DNA from: Lewinellaceae bacterium
Lineage (GTDB): Bacteria; Bacteroidota; Bacteroidia; Chitinophagales; Saprospiraceae
Direction of reading: 5' to 3'
Assembly: GCA_016711435.1 (NCBI GenBank)
Contig: JADJSY010000083.1
Coordinates: 107,993-171,992 of the forward strand
Length of the DNA: 64,000 bases
The notes under the pieces are model-generated. The model had not been told where the DNA came from, made no database searches, and saw only the letters and a list, made by a program, of their open reading frames with translations. The translations under genes were made by a program, and so were the position numbers. Positions within the stretch are counted from its first letter, which is position 1. Each line of letters starts with the position of its first letter. Below, in pieces: positions 11,801-20,030 of this stretch.

Positions 11801-13763
11801 TATAATGCCCGCAGGTTTGCGGATCGGGATTTTGCCCTGAAATCGTCTGTGTTGTGATACTCGTCACCGGGCTGCAATTATCCGTCGCATTGATATTTAT
11901 ACCCTGCACCGGTACGGCAGGCAGGGCAAAGGTGTCGCAGCGGAAGGTTTTATCAGCCGGGATAAGGCTGAAGACCGGCGCAATGGTGTCGCGCACCAGC
12001 ACGGTCTGAACAGCTGTCCCCACATTGCCACAATCATCGGTAGCCGACCAGGTCACGGTCATGGTATAGGAGCCATCGCACAGGGAATCGGACTGAACAA
12101 TGGTATGACTGATGACCATGCTGGTGTCGCAGTTGTCCGATACAAACTGGGTGGGCAGACTTGGGACAGGATTGGGGCATGCAAGCATGACGGTATCGGG
12201 ATAACCTGTGATGACAGGAATTGTATTGTCCTGGATTTGAAAGCGCAAGGTTTTTGAACCCAGGTTGCCACAGCCATCGAAGGCACGGAAGGTGACATCC
12301 ACCCACCAATTGCAATTGTGGGCTTGCACCTGCGGGTAAGGGCCGTTGTTGAAGAAACCATTCCCCGATTGTCCGGTAGAAGTCAGGTAGGAAAAATTGA
12401 CCCATGACGTGGTAGAACATTCGTCGGTGATAGTGGCATTTCCATGTGCATTGATCCAGGTTTGCAGCGCCACGTTGTCGTTGGCAGTGGATCCGCATTG
12501 CTCTGTGGTATTTACCCCGCTAATGACTGGCGGCAGCGTATCAATCGCAGCAAAAGTCGCCTGACCGGCAAAGGTTTCATTTCCACAGGCGTCTTCCACA
12601 AAAAGGTCGATGGTGACGGAAGCGCGAACTTTGTTATAAGATTGCCCCCCAATGATTTGCGTTCCGCATCCATTGGCGTAGGATGCTAAAAATGCGGCGA
12701 CGACCTGTGCCGAATCTACCTCGGTATTATTGATTTCGAGACGATAACTGACTCCAGAACAGGAATCAATGATCTGTGAATAAGCATAGGTATCTATCCA
12801 TTCGCTGAGTTTGTCCAGCTGGCTGCTGTCCGGAGTGCAATAGGCTACCGTGTCCTGCGGCGCTACCACTATAACAGGGCCTTCCGTATCGGAGGTCGTA
12901 AATGTAGCGCTGCGAAAGGCAACGAGCAAACAATTGTCCTTTGCTGTAAAAGTAACGGTCACCGGAACCGGACAAGCGGGCGGATAATTAGCGGGAGCAT
13001 TATTGGTCAGGGAACGAATACCCGAAGCGTCCGTCGCCTGGAAGGCAAGTGTTTGTGCAGCCAGCCAGCTCAGGTAAGCGCCGGGCAGCGCTTCGCAGGG
13101 AGCAGAACCGTTCTCGGGGAAGGGAGGCATAATGGTTGGGGCCAGATTATCCTCCACAATCGTAATCGTTTGTGTAAAAACAGCGCTGTTGCCCGATTGG
13201 TCGGTGACTACCCAGGTTCGGGTCACCATACCGGCAAGGCAGGTGTCGGGCCGGGCGGTTTCAGACAAAACCTGTGTGAGATTAGCAGGGAGTGAACAAT
13301 TATCCGTTGCGGGTAGGGGCGCCTGTGGAGGCAGCGATACAATCGAACCTACCGTCAGAGTGTTGTCTATATTGGTAAGATCAAACACGGGTGAGGTTGT
13401 ATCTACCACGTTTCCAACCACATAATTAAAAGTGTACGTGTGTCCCTGATCGTCTTCTACATGCCATTTTACTGTAAAACTCTGCCCTAATGACCACACA
13501 GTATTCAGCGTAAAGCCTGAGGCGGCTTCATCAAACATGGAAACGGTAATATTGGCGCCCGAAGTGGACGTTACCACAGGGGGAGTGAGATTACCCTGGA
13601 GGGTTACCGTACAATTGGCGCCCACCGGAATGGGTACCACGGTTAATGGAGGCACATTAAAAAAACTACTCTGGGCTACCAGAAGTTGAGCGGGAAGAAG
13701 GCATAAACAAATACCACAGATATAAGGTATTGCCCGCAAAGTTTTGCGTAACCGGTTTGCCAT
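5862..13763 (-). CDS. Giant cell-surface adhesin (2633 aa) with T9SS type B C-terminal sorting domain
   Basis: ORF 5862..13808(-); ATG at 13763 with signal peptide ...LLVA|QSS. The N-terminal half has HYR-like repeats with recurring (A/S)TD-x-CGN. About 10 Ig/PKD-like repeats follow (C-G--L-L...Y-W-GP-GF...G-Y-V). C-terminus is CFLPNIITPNGDDLNDAFIV...GTYFYVVEF, the gliding-motility-associated C-terminal domain. Confidence 0.85.
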   Translation of the reverse strand: MANRLRKTLRAIPYICGICLCLLPAQLLVAQSSFFNVPPLTVVPIPVGANCTVTLQGNLTPPVVTSTSGANITVSMFDEAASGFTLNTVWSLGQSFTVKWHVEDDQGHTYTFNYVVGNVVDTTSPVFDLTNIDNTLTVGSIVSLPPQAPLPATDNCSLPANLTQVLSETARPDTCLAGMVTRTWVVTDQSGNSAVFTQTITIVEDNLAPTIMPPFPENGSAPCEALPGAYLSWLAAQTLAFQATDASGIRSLTNNAPANYPPACPVPVTVTFTAKDNCLLVAFRSATFTTSDTEGPVIVVAPQDTVAYCTPDSSQLDKLSEWIDTYAYSQIIDSCSGVSYRLEINNTEVDSAQVVAAFLASYANGCGTQIIGGQSYNKVRASVTIDLFVEDACGNETFAGQATFAAIDTLPPVISGVNTTEQCGSTANDNVALQTWINAHGNATITDECSTTSWVNFSYLTSTGQSGNGFFNNGPYPQVQAHNCNWWVDVTFRAFDGCGNLGSKTLRFQIQDNTIPVITGYPDTVMLACPNPVPSLPTQFVSDNCDTSMVISHTIVQSDSLCDGSYTMTVTWSATDDCGNVGTAVQTVLVRDTIAPVFSLIPADKTFRCDTFALPAVPVQGININATDNCSPVTSITTQTISGQNPDPQTCGHYSYQITRIFTATDECGNTRTATQVLSIIDNLGPVFAGFLDTTGVCDVAPVLPIPVATDACSGVTATPDTVGVVNTPGVCADAYTLTITWVASDVCGNTSTFSQNIAIFDTVRPVLTNIPPNVTVSCDAIPAPPDPATFNASDNCDDSVDVALVESELRNPDLNNCDHWTNYIIRREWTATDNCGNTNRYTQNILIQDNTPPNLIPPDALTLANDPGECGADFIVPPPVSVFDICTSLPVSITLRDTSLLVNTSGGPNNTSPVDTVVFQWIAPNVPPVVPVTGNAALRIFLDSADSEQSSESFTILGENNVVLGITNPVTPGQCGSGFTDVSISETLLNNWLADGILTLRLAPNGTGANAANAVCMGGRSRAQLDYQFAEPQVPVILSFQLDGNPEMPFPPANPIFLPPGVHTIVYTATDCAGNESTASSTVTVSDQELPVITAPSTQTAYVIANECEALVNLPFPVITDNCDVSGSLTQASAILPLQFVNDPNAGLIPGMITLNIAGLIPNAVSGGVLKIRHKGDNDENGEFFKVFDENNVNLGNTTNGTTPGNCNEFHETIIPVSAAQINTWAANGSTAIKLAANDEAGTFFEFIEPCGPLQADQTDGISRVQAILEYSFAVVTYEIRNSADQLIQSGGLNGNETTLILSPDTYSVNYLTDDIYGLEGMATFQINVLDTIKPVAICESTTIFVNPSGAVGSGYTLIPSEIDNGSTDNCPGTLNFQLSQSVFTCANAGNNFNVTLTVTDSSGNSAACTTLVRVETVTLNPTYTPVCEGGNLQLFANPPAAPPNTFTYMWTGPNFASAVQNPIRSNAQLSFEGPYTVKITGLTGCTATGVVTVDLVNLPTQPVLQLVNINLCGGDDIHLNTPTYGGSNVTYQWFLGIPGNAILLGATGQPNFTLSEADAGTYQFFVKVLADGCTSLNSEVLTVIVAIRPIAQLDQEVINICEGQPIVLGTPSQGTGMTYYWIGPGLESTLQYPPPILSATLFNAGTYTLVVTQNGCASKPANVQVIVRPKPPKPQLSGSNQVCEGATVILLANTPTAAQYIWGGPGSNIINTTTNSLTLPGIMVPDSGAWKVRVVQQGCLSDWSDSIVIRIQQYPDVTAGSNSPLCAGSGLNLAATANISNLSWFWTGPNNFINYQQFVTLQPPVSGLYKVVGKTSFGCSDSAFVNVNVIQAPVIDSIWNVSPICSDGSTDAILSANVSSPNGPLMYQWTGPGGPISVNPTLVIPDVSTVNNGPYTLLVTDAFGCPSIPKTTTVNVGPPLVIPLLSQQAAVCVGTPVTISVTNAGQYNPSAKFIWIRPSGDTLTMQSFLNFPNSQVAQSGVYSVFVNDGICKSDTSAPVSISINAIPAAPVLSANTPVCEGDVLELNSNTIPGASYTWTGPSGFSAAIQNPTRQPVTMSFAGNYSSILTVNGCVSPASVIAVEVTPRPKKPVIIPPVPSSICLEQPGAFLTLTISSTSATPGSQYVWINQTNDTIAGPLSSLSTTFTNLGTLFTPGTHTFRAIAWRNGCDSEISTPVTVSFDTIPNNTAFAGLDGPVCVAQPIILGASAPTAGSTGQWSQLAPLPVTIVSPGNPNSTVTGAIAGNTYQFIWSLSSGGCMNYSRDTVTLQAQAFELPFAGPDIFTCTVKDIRLAATQGQMVSGVWSQLPSQANLGISITEPLNPQTPIAGTALTPGNIYYFYWTLGNPGCGSVTDTVAVHIFSQKPNAGPDQFICNNQDCTLLDASNLQAFEFGFWTSLNSQITFTTPSSDQTTICGLQPGSNTMIWATNNGFCGDNSRDTVVVNFELFPTANADAVEVLFGASATVNVLGNDMVPNQFSVEITVPPVHGRIVDTTGVGTYVYQPNSNFSGSDQMEYEVCNLRCPDACSYTTVVFNVTGPGECFLPNIITPNGDDLNDAFIVPETCLVGEGGVVVELTIFNQWGDQVFHAVPYLNDWEGTYNGNPLPPGTYFYVVEFSTNDEPKKGFMIIQQ

Positions 13764-13847
13764 ACGGACGAGTTCATTTACCGGATCGATCTGGGAACAC
13801 CAATCCAAGTGTCAAAGGGATATTTTCGGTTGATCGGATTAAAGTAA

Positions 13848-14030
13848 CTATTCTTCAAACTTCTTATCTGGTACGTTCTTATTCAAAAAGGCATTAATGT
13901 CATCGATATTGAAATCCCGTTCAATCTGACCGAGCGTATTTACCCTGATCTCGATGTTTTTTAATGCCTTATCCTGCTTTTCAGACTTTCCGGTTGGAGA
14001 CGATCGGGTTGTTTTTTTCTGTTTGGGCAT
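13848..14030 (-). CDS. Hypothetical small Lys-rich protein (60 aa)
   Basis: ORF only. Sits between gltX and the adhesin on the same strand. No motif recognised. Confidence 0.4.
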   Translation of the reverse strand: MPKQKKTTRSSPTGKSEKQDKALKNIEIRVNTLGQIERDFNIDDINAFLNKNVPDKKFEE

Positions 14031-14058
14031 GGGTCGATCAATTGTTTTCAGAAGTGTA

Positions 14059-15560
14059 TTAACCTAATTCGGAAAGTGCCTGCAAACGCCGTACCGTCTC
14101 ATTGCGCCCCAAAGCCACAGCCATATCAAACACGGCAGGCCCTTTCATGGTGCCGGCCAGCGCTATGCGGAGGAGGGGCAGGATGTCGCCCGGTTTCACC
14201 GCTTTTTCATGTATAAAATGTTTGACGGCTTCTTCCAGCGCAGGGCCGTTAAAAGGTTCAAAAGTAGCCACCATTCCCGTTAATTCATTAAAAATTTCTG
14301 CGATGGGTGGGGTCCATTTCTTCTGAAACGTTTCTTTGTCGTATTCCCGTACCGCTTCGAATAAATAATACCCAGTCTCGACGAAATCCGGTAGAAAGGT
14401 CACCCGTTCCTTCATCAAGGCTGCCACTTGCTCCAGGTATTCATCCGTTACTTCATATCCCCTGGCTTTTGCCAGCGGTCGGATATAAGAGGCCAACAGT
14501 TCGTTATTGGCTGCCTGAATATATTTCTGGTTGAACCATTTTGCTTTTTCGTAATCGAACCGCGCGCCACTTTTGCTGATCTGATCTATCGAAAACGCCT
14601 GTATCAGGTCTTGCAAAGAAAATATTTCCTGCTCGCCACCCGGGTGCCAGCCCAGTAACGCGAGAAAGTTGATTGCCGCTTCAGGCAAAAAACCGGTATC
14701 GCGAAAGCCGCTAAAACTTTCCTCGGGTGTAGCGCCTTCCCATTCCAACGGGAATACAGGCATGCCGAACTTCGCGCCGTCGCGTTTGCTTAGTTTACCA
14801 TTGCCGACCGGTTTTAAAATAAGCGGCAAATGCGAAAAAACAGGCATCGTATCTGTCCAGCCGAAACCCTCATACAATAACACATGGTGCGCCGTACTGG
14901 GAAGCCATTCTTCCCCCGAATGACGTGCGTAATCTCCATCCGGTGGTCGTCCACAATATTGGCTAAGTGATACGTAGGCATCCCGTCCGCTTTCAACAGC
15001 ACTTTGTCATCTAATTCGCCGCTTTGAAAAACCACTTCGCCCCGAATCAGGTCGTGGACGTGAATGGAGCGTCCGGGTTCCACTTTCAAACGTATGACAA
15101 AAGGCATTCCCGCCTTCAGGCGGCTTTCCACTTCCGTCTCCGAAAGGGTCAGACTGTTGGATAAACCGCTGCGGGTCAGTTGATTGTAGGTAAAATTTTC
15201 TTCCGCCTGTTTGCGGAGCGCCAATTCTTCGGGGGTATCGAAAGCATAGTAGGCATGTCCGCGTTGAACCAGTTCGCGGGCATAATGATGATATATTTCC
15301 TTGCGGTCGCTTTGACGATACGGGCCTTTGTCGCCGCCAAAGCCTACGCCTTCGTCGGGCAGCAGGCCCACCCATTTCAAAGTCTCAATAATATATTCCT
15401 CCGCGCCCGGCACATAACGGGTTCGGTCGGTATCTTCAATTCGAAGGATAAAGGCGCCCCCTTGCTGTTTGGCAAAGAGATAATTGTACAATGCAGTACG
15501 TACACCGCCAATATGCAGTGCGCCAGTTGGAGAAGGAGCAAATCTTACGCGAACAGACAT
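14059..15560 (-). pseudogene. gltX: Glutamate--tRNA ligase, frame broken at C5/G5 run 14913-14917
   Basis: ORFs 14814..15590 ([18 protein letters not shown] motif, ...ITHVIRG) and 14059..14883 ([21 protein letters not shown]...KLSKR) are co-linear. Adding one G restores [26 protein letters not shown] at 15560. Confidence 0.85.
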
Positions 15561-15765
15561 ATATATTAAACTATAAAAAATCTGAACCACAAAGATATTG
15601 CTACATTACCTTGTAATCCGGATTCGTCGTCATGGGAGAAAAAAATGCGCGGCGACCGAAATGACAGCCGTCGCGCTTTGAATATACTTGCAGCAAAAGT
15701 AACAGTTTTCTTCTTTTGCGGAACCATCATGTCGTTAATTGGCAAAACCTTTACACCATCACCTT

Positions 15766-16389
15766 ATGTATATAGTCAAAACACCCGCTTTTGTTCAACG
15801 CCTTTTTCCTGATTATACCTGGCAAATACCTACAGCGGAGCGGGTGTTGTACCTGACTTTCGACGACGGCCCTATTCCGGTTGTAACGCCCTGGGTGTTG
15901 GATACCCTGCGTCCCTTCGATGCCAAAGCCACTTTTTTTTGTGTGGGTGAAAATGTGCAGCGGCATCCCGATATTTTCCAACAAATAATAAAAGAAGGAC
16001 ATACGGTTGGCAATCATACCCTCCAACACCTGAATGGCTGGAAAACGGATACGGATACATACCTCCAAAACGTACAACTATGCGCCAACCTGGTTCCCGG
16101 TAATTTATTTCGCCCGCCTTATGGCCGCCTGCGCACTACCCAGGCTACTGCCTTAAAAAAAAATTACCAGATCGTTCTGTGGGACGTCTTGAGCGGCGAT
16201 TTTGACCGGGGCATTTCACCACAAAAATGTTTCAACAATATCAGGCGGCACGCCCGGCCGGGTTCAATTGTCGTACTGCACGACAGCCTGAAAGCAGAAC
16301 GCCATCTTCGATACGCCCTGCCGGCGTTGCTTGATTTCTATGCCGGGAAAGGATGGCGGTTTGAGCGTGTTTTGGTGTTTAGTGTTTAG
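15766..16389 (+). CDS. Polysaccharide deacetylase family protein
   Basis: ORF 15739..16389; ATG at 15766. YLTFDDGP and NHT..H motifs of NodB-type deacetylases. The last 5 codons plus stop lie inside a repeat arm. Confidence 0.8.
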   Translation: MYIVKTPAFVQRLFPDYTWQIPTAERVLYLTFDDGPIPVVTPWVLDTLRPFDAKATFFCVGENVQRHPDIFQQIIKEGHTVGNHTLQHLNGWKTDTDTYLQNVQLCANLVPGNLFRPPYGRLRTTQATALKKNYQIVLWDVLSGDFDRGISPQKCFNNIRRHARPGSIVVLHDSLKAERHLRYALPALLDFYAGKGWRFERVLVFSV

Positions 16390-16610
16390 GGCGCGTTGCC
16401 TTTGGCAGTAGTGGGTAGTTTGGCCAAATGGTGACTATATTTGGGGCGGCGGGGTGTGGGGTTTCGGGGGGGGGGGGGTTTCTCGACTTTTAAGTTTAGT
16501 AAACGTATCCTCGGCTAACCATGCACAAAACCTAACGGCGCAAACTATAACTAAGGCCAAAAGTTACCACCCCTAAACACTAAACACCATACCCTAAACA
16601 CCATCAAACA
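16371..16610. repeat. Composite H-family element: inverted CAAACAC-word arms enclosing an H unit, a G-quadruplex/G13 tract and a truncated A-family copy
   Basis: Left arm ttggtgtttagtgtttaggg (16372-16391). Right arm ccctaaacactaaacaccat... (16571-16609). Interior: gcgcgttgcctttggcagtagtgggtagtttggcc, G-runs at 16443-16478, the A half-copy at 16492-16519, and gttaccac at 16563-16570. Confidence 0.85.
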
Positions 16611-17928
16611 GCTCTATTAGCGTCAAACTGCTCCAGATAATCGGCCACCCGGCGCAGGAAAGAGCCGCCCAGGCTACCATCCACAACGCGGTGATCGTAG
16701 GAAAGAGACAGGAACATCATCTGCCGGATCGCGATAACGTCGCCGTATTGCGTTTCGAGCACCGCCGGTTTTTTGCGGATCGCTCCGGCAGCCAAAATAG
16801 CCACCTGCGGTTGATTGATGATCGGCGTACCCATCACATTGCCGAACGTACCTACATTGGTGAGGGTAAAAGTACCACCCTGAATATCTTCCGGTTTGAG
16901 CTGGTTTTGCCGCGCCCGGGCGGCCAGGTCATTTACCTGTTTAGTCAAACCGGCCAGGTTCAGCAGATCGGCATTTTTAATCACCGGGACGATCAGGTTG
17001 CCCGAGGGCAATGCGGCAGCCATCCCAATGTTGATGTCTTTTTAACGATGATGCGGGTGCCGTCCACAGAAATATTAATCATCGGGAAATCGCGGATCGC
17101 CCGGGCGATGGCTTCTATAAATATAGGTGTAAACGTGATGTTTTCGCCGTACTGTTTTTTAAACGGTTCTTTCACCCGGTTGCGCCAGTTGACCATGTCG
17201 GTTACATCCACCTCTACAAATGAAGTGACGTGCGGACTGGTCTGTTTACTCATCACCATGTGGTCGGCAATGAGTTTGCGCATCCGGTCCATTTCTACAA
17301 TCTCGACATTGCCGCTTACGCTGACCGCCGGTGCCGTTTTCGCTATAGCAGGCGGCGTTGCAACTACGGCAGGCGCTACCGGTGCGGTAGCCGTTTGGCC
17401 GCTACCCTGGCGATGGGCGACATAAGCCAGCATATCTTTTTTTGTAACGCGCCCATCCTGGCCGGAGCCGGGAATGGCTTCGAGTTCTGCCTGGCTGATG
17501 CGTTCTTCTTTGGCAATGGTGCGTACCAGCGGCGAATAAAACCTGCCTGAAGCGCCGATAGCAAGTGGTTGCTGCACCATCGCTGATTCTGACGCTGGGA
17601 CGTATGGCACTGCCGCCGCTTCGCTGTGGCCATTCGACGGGGTCGGCTGGCTTATAGCGGGCGATGCGGCAGGCTGGGCGTTGGCAGCATCGGTTTCAAT
17701 GATTGCAATCACCTTGTTGATGGGCACGACATCATCTTCCTGAAAAAGAATTTCCACCAGTACGCCGGCTACCGGAGACGGCACTTCGCTGTCCACTTTG
17801 TCCGTGGCAATATCAAGCACTGCTTCATCGAGGTCGATGCGCTCACCGGTTTTTTTGCGCCATTTCAAGATGGTGGCTTCCATGATACTTTCGCCCATTT
17901 TGGGCATTACGAGTTCGACACGAGCCAT
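16604..17928 (-). pseudogene. 2-oxo acid dehydrogenase E2 component (dihydrolipoamide acyltransferase), frame broken at T5/A5 run 17039-17043
   Basis: ORFs 16993..17967 (lipoyl domain ...DIATDKVDSEVPSP, E3-binding region) and 16604..17023 (catalytic ...SLSYDHRVVDG) are co-linear. Adding one A restores IIVKKDINIGMAAALPSGNL. ATG at 17928. Confidence 0.8.
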
Positions 17929-18103
17929 ATTGCAAAAGGTGGGAAAGAAGATGCCATACCCTGACAATCCCTGATCCCGTTTTTATGGTTTGATAATAAT
18001 TTGGTTAAAGCAGCGCAAAGGTACTACTCTCGTCGGGAGTTGGCGAGGAGAGTTGGCAGTTTTAGAATAAAATTTTGTCAGGAAATCTCAACTTTGCCCC
18101 GTC

Positions 18104-18733
18104 ATGGAATATATCAAAAACATCATTTTCGATTTCGGCAATGTCCTCATGGACCTCGACCTGCCGGCTGTCGAACGGGAATTTCAGCGCTTATGGGGCG
18201 ATCAATTTGAACAGGCGCGCGCTAAACTCGGTCGGGACCATATCTTTGAACTGTATGAAACGGGCGGACTCAGCACGGATGAGTTTGTAGCAGCCATTCG
18301 TTTTGCCGGGCCTTCTCCGCTTTCCAAAGAGCAGGTCGTGCAGGCCTGGAACTCGATTTTTATCGGTATGCCCAAACACCGTTTCGATTTCCTGCTCCGG
18401 CTCCGGCAGCGTTATAAATTGTTCCTGCTCAGCAATATCAATGACCTGCACGAGCGCTGGATAGCCGACTACATGGTGCGGGAACACCAAATTCACGACT
18501 ATGAATTGAAATATTTTGACGGCGTGTATTTCTCACACCTCATTCGCCTGCGCAAACCTGACCGCGACATTTATGAATATGTCCTGGCCGACGATGAAAT
18601 CCTGGCAGGAGAATCTGTTTTTTTCGACGACCTCGAAATCAATGTGGAGGCGGCCCGCCAAACAGGCATTCAGGCATTTTTACATCCGGCAGGCACCGAA
18701 ATAGCCAGTCATATCCAACTTATTTTACCATAA
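18104..18733 (+). CDS. HAD-superfamily hydrolase
   Basis: N-terminal IIFDFGNVLMDLD (DxD motif I) and LLSN motif II. 209 aa. Confidence 0.75.
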   Translation: MEYIKNIIFDFGNVLMDLDLPAVEREFQRLWGDQFEQARAKLGRDHIFELYETGGLSTDEFVAAIRFAGPSPLSKEQVVQAWNSIFIGMPKHRFDFLLRLRQRYKLFLLSNINDLHERWIADYMVREHQIHDYELKYFDGVYFSHLIRLRKPDRDIYEYVLADDEILAGESVFFDDLEINVEAARQTGIQAFLHPAGTEIASHIQLILP

Positions 18734-18929
18734 AAAAAAGTGCAAAACAGCACCAGGCAAAAGGCCGTATAACTCATTGGCATTCATAGTCTTTAGCTGT
18801 TCGCCATTTTGCCTTTTTCACTGGCCGCCTTATATTGCTGCGCCAATCAGGTGTAGAAATTTATTGTCAGACAAGCGACATTACCCGCAAACTTTCTACA
18901 TTTGACAAAGCGAAAGCAATCCCTCCCGT

Positions 18930-20018
18930 ATGTCGCTGACAAAAAAAATGCTCCTCTTTGACGCGATCCCGCTGGTCGCTTGCCTGGCTACCCTTTGGAT
19001 GATGCACTACCATCAACCCAATAAGGTTCCTATTCCATTTAAAGCTCCTCCTGAAAGTGTGGTCGTCAGCAGTATTGACCGTGTCAACAATTCGGATACG
19101 GTAAAAAGGACTCAGGAGTCGCCGCAGGAACTAAAAAAAGACAACCGGCAAAAACGCAAACTTTCCCACTCCGTATTTCGCCCAGGCGGCCCTGATACGA
19201 TTCCCTACCTGGCATTTGACCCCATGATGTTGCAAGCGATGTACGAGCAGGCCAACTTTCTGCGCCGCAGCGATACGCCTGTTCGAGGCGCATCGGGCAT
19301 TTCCAAAAGTGATATGCTGCGTACTGTGGAGCTGCTGCAAAGCGTACAATTACTCGATCCGAATGTGCTCCATACTACTTTTGATTTTTACAGCATTAAT
19401 ACGGATCTGAAAAAAGATAAGGTGCGGGTGACGGGTTATTATACGCCGTTAATAAAAGCAAGCCGCGTACAAACGCCGGAATTTCCCGTTCCCATGCTGC
19501 GCCGCCCGGAATCCGGCGTACCCAGTCCGGCTGCTATTGAAGCCGGAGCGCTGGCGGGCCAAGGTCTGGAACTGGCCTGGTTGCCTTCTCAAAAAGAACT
19601 CCGCAACGCACAGTTACAAGGTTCCTGTATGGTTGAATTTACAGATGGCAAACGCGAGCATTTCGGTTTTGGCGGTTCGGTGAGGGGCGCCGGAGGAACC
19701 TATGTGTTTTTTGAAGATGTAGGCAAAACAGTCCTCGGCGCAGGTTTTTTCCCGCTCACACCCGGTTATTCTGTGGCTGTCGACACCCGTTACATTCCCA
19801 TCGGCAGCACCCTGCTGGCCGAACTGCCTGATATAGACGCCTCCGGCAAATTGAAAGGATACATCTATCGGATCATTTTTGCCCAGGATCGGGGCGGAGC
19901 GATTAAAACAACCAAACGGATCGACCTGTATTGTGGCCTGGGCCAAAAAGGTTTGCAGGAAGCGCGAAAAGTGAATCGTTTTGGACGACTTTGGCTACTT
20001 TTGCCGAAAGAAAAATGA
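18930..20018 (+). CDS. MltA-like murein transglycosylase (MltA plus 3D domains)
   Basis: VTGYYTPLIKAS, LQGSCMVEFTDGK, DTRYIPIGS, and AQDRGGAIK...RIDLYCG, typical of MltA/3D-domain lytic transglycosylases. Confidence 0.7.
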   Translation: MSLTKKMLLFDAIPLVACLATLWMMHYHQPNKVPIPFKAPPESVVVSSIDRVNNSDTVKRTQESPQELKKDNRQKRKLSHSVFRPGGPDTIPYLAFDPMMLQAMYEQANFLRRSDTPVRGASGISKSDMLRTVELLQSVQLLDPNVLHTTFDFYSINTDLKKDKVRVTGYYTPLIKASRVQTPEFPVPMLRRPESGVPSPAAIEAGALAGQGLELAWLPSQKELRNAQLQGSCMVEFTDGKREHFGFGGSVRGAGGTYVFFEDVGKTVLGAGFFPLTPGYSVAVDTRYIPIGSTLLAELPDIDASGKLKGYIYRIIFAQDRGGAIKTTKRIDLYCGLGQKGLQEARKVNRFGRLWLLLPKEK

Positions 20019-20030
20019 TTCCTTTTTAAC

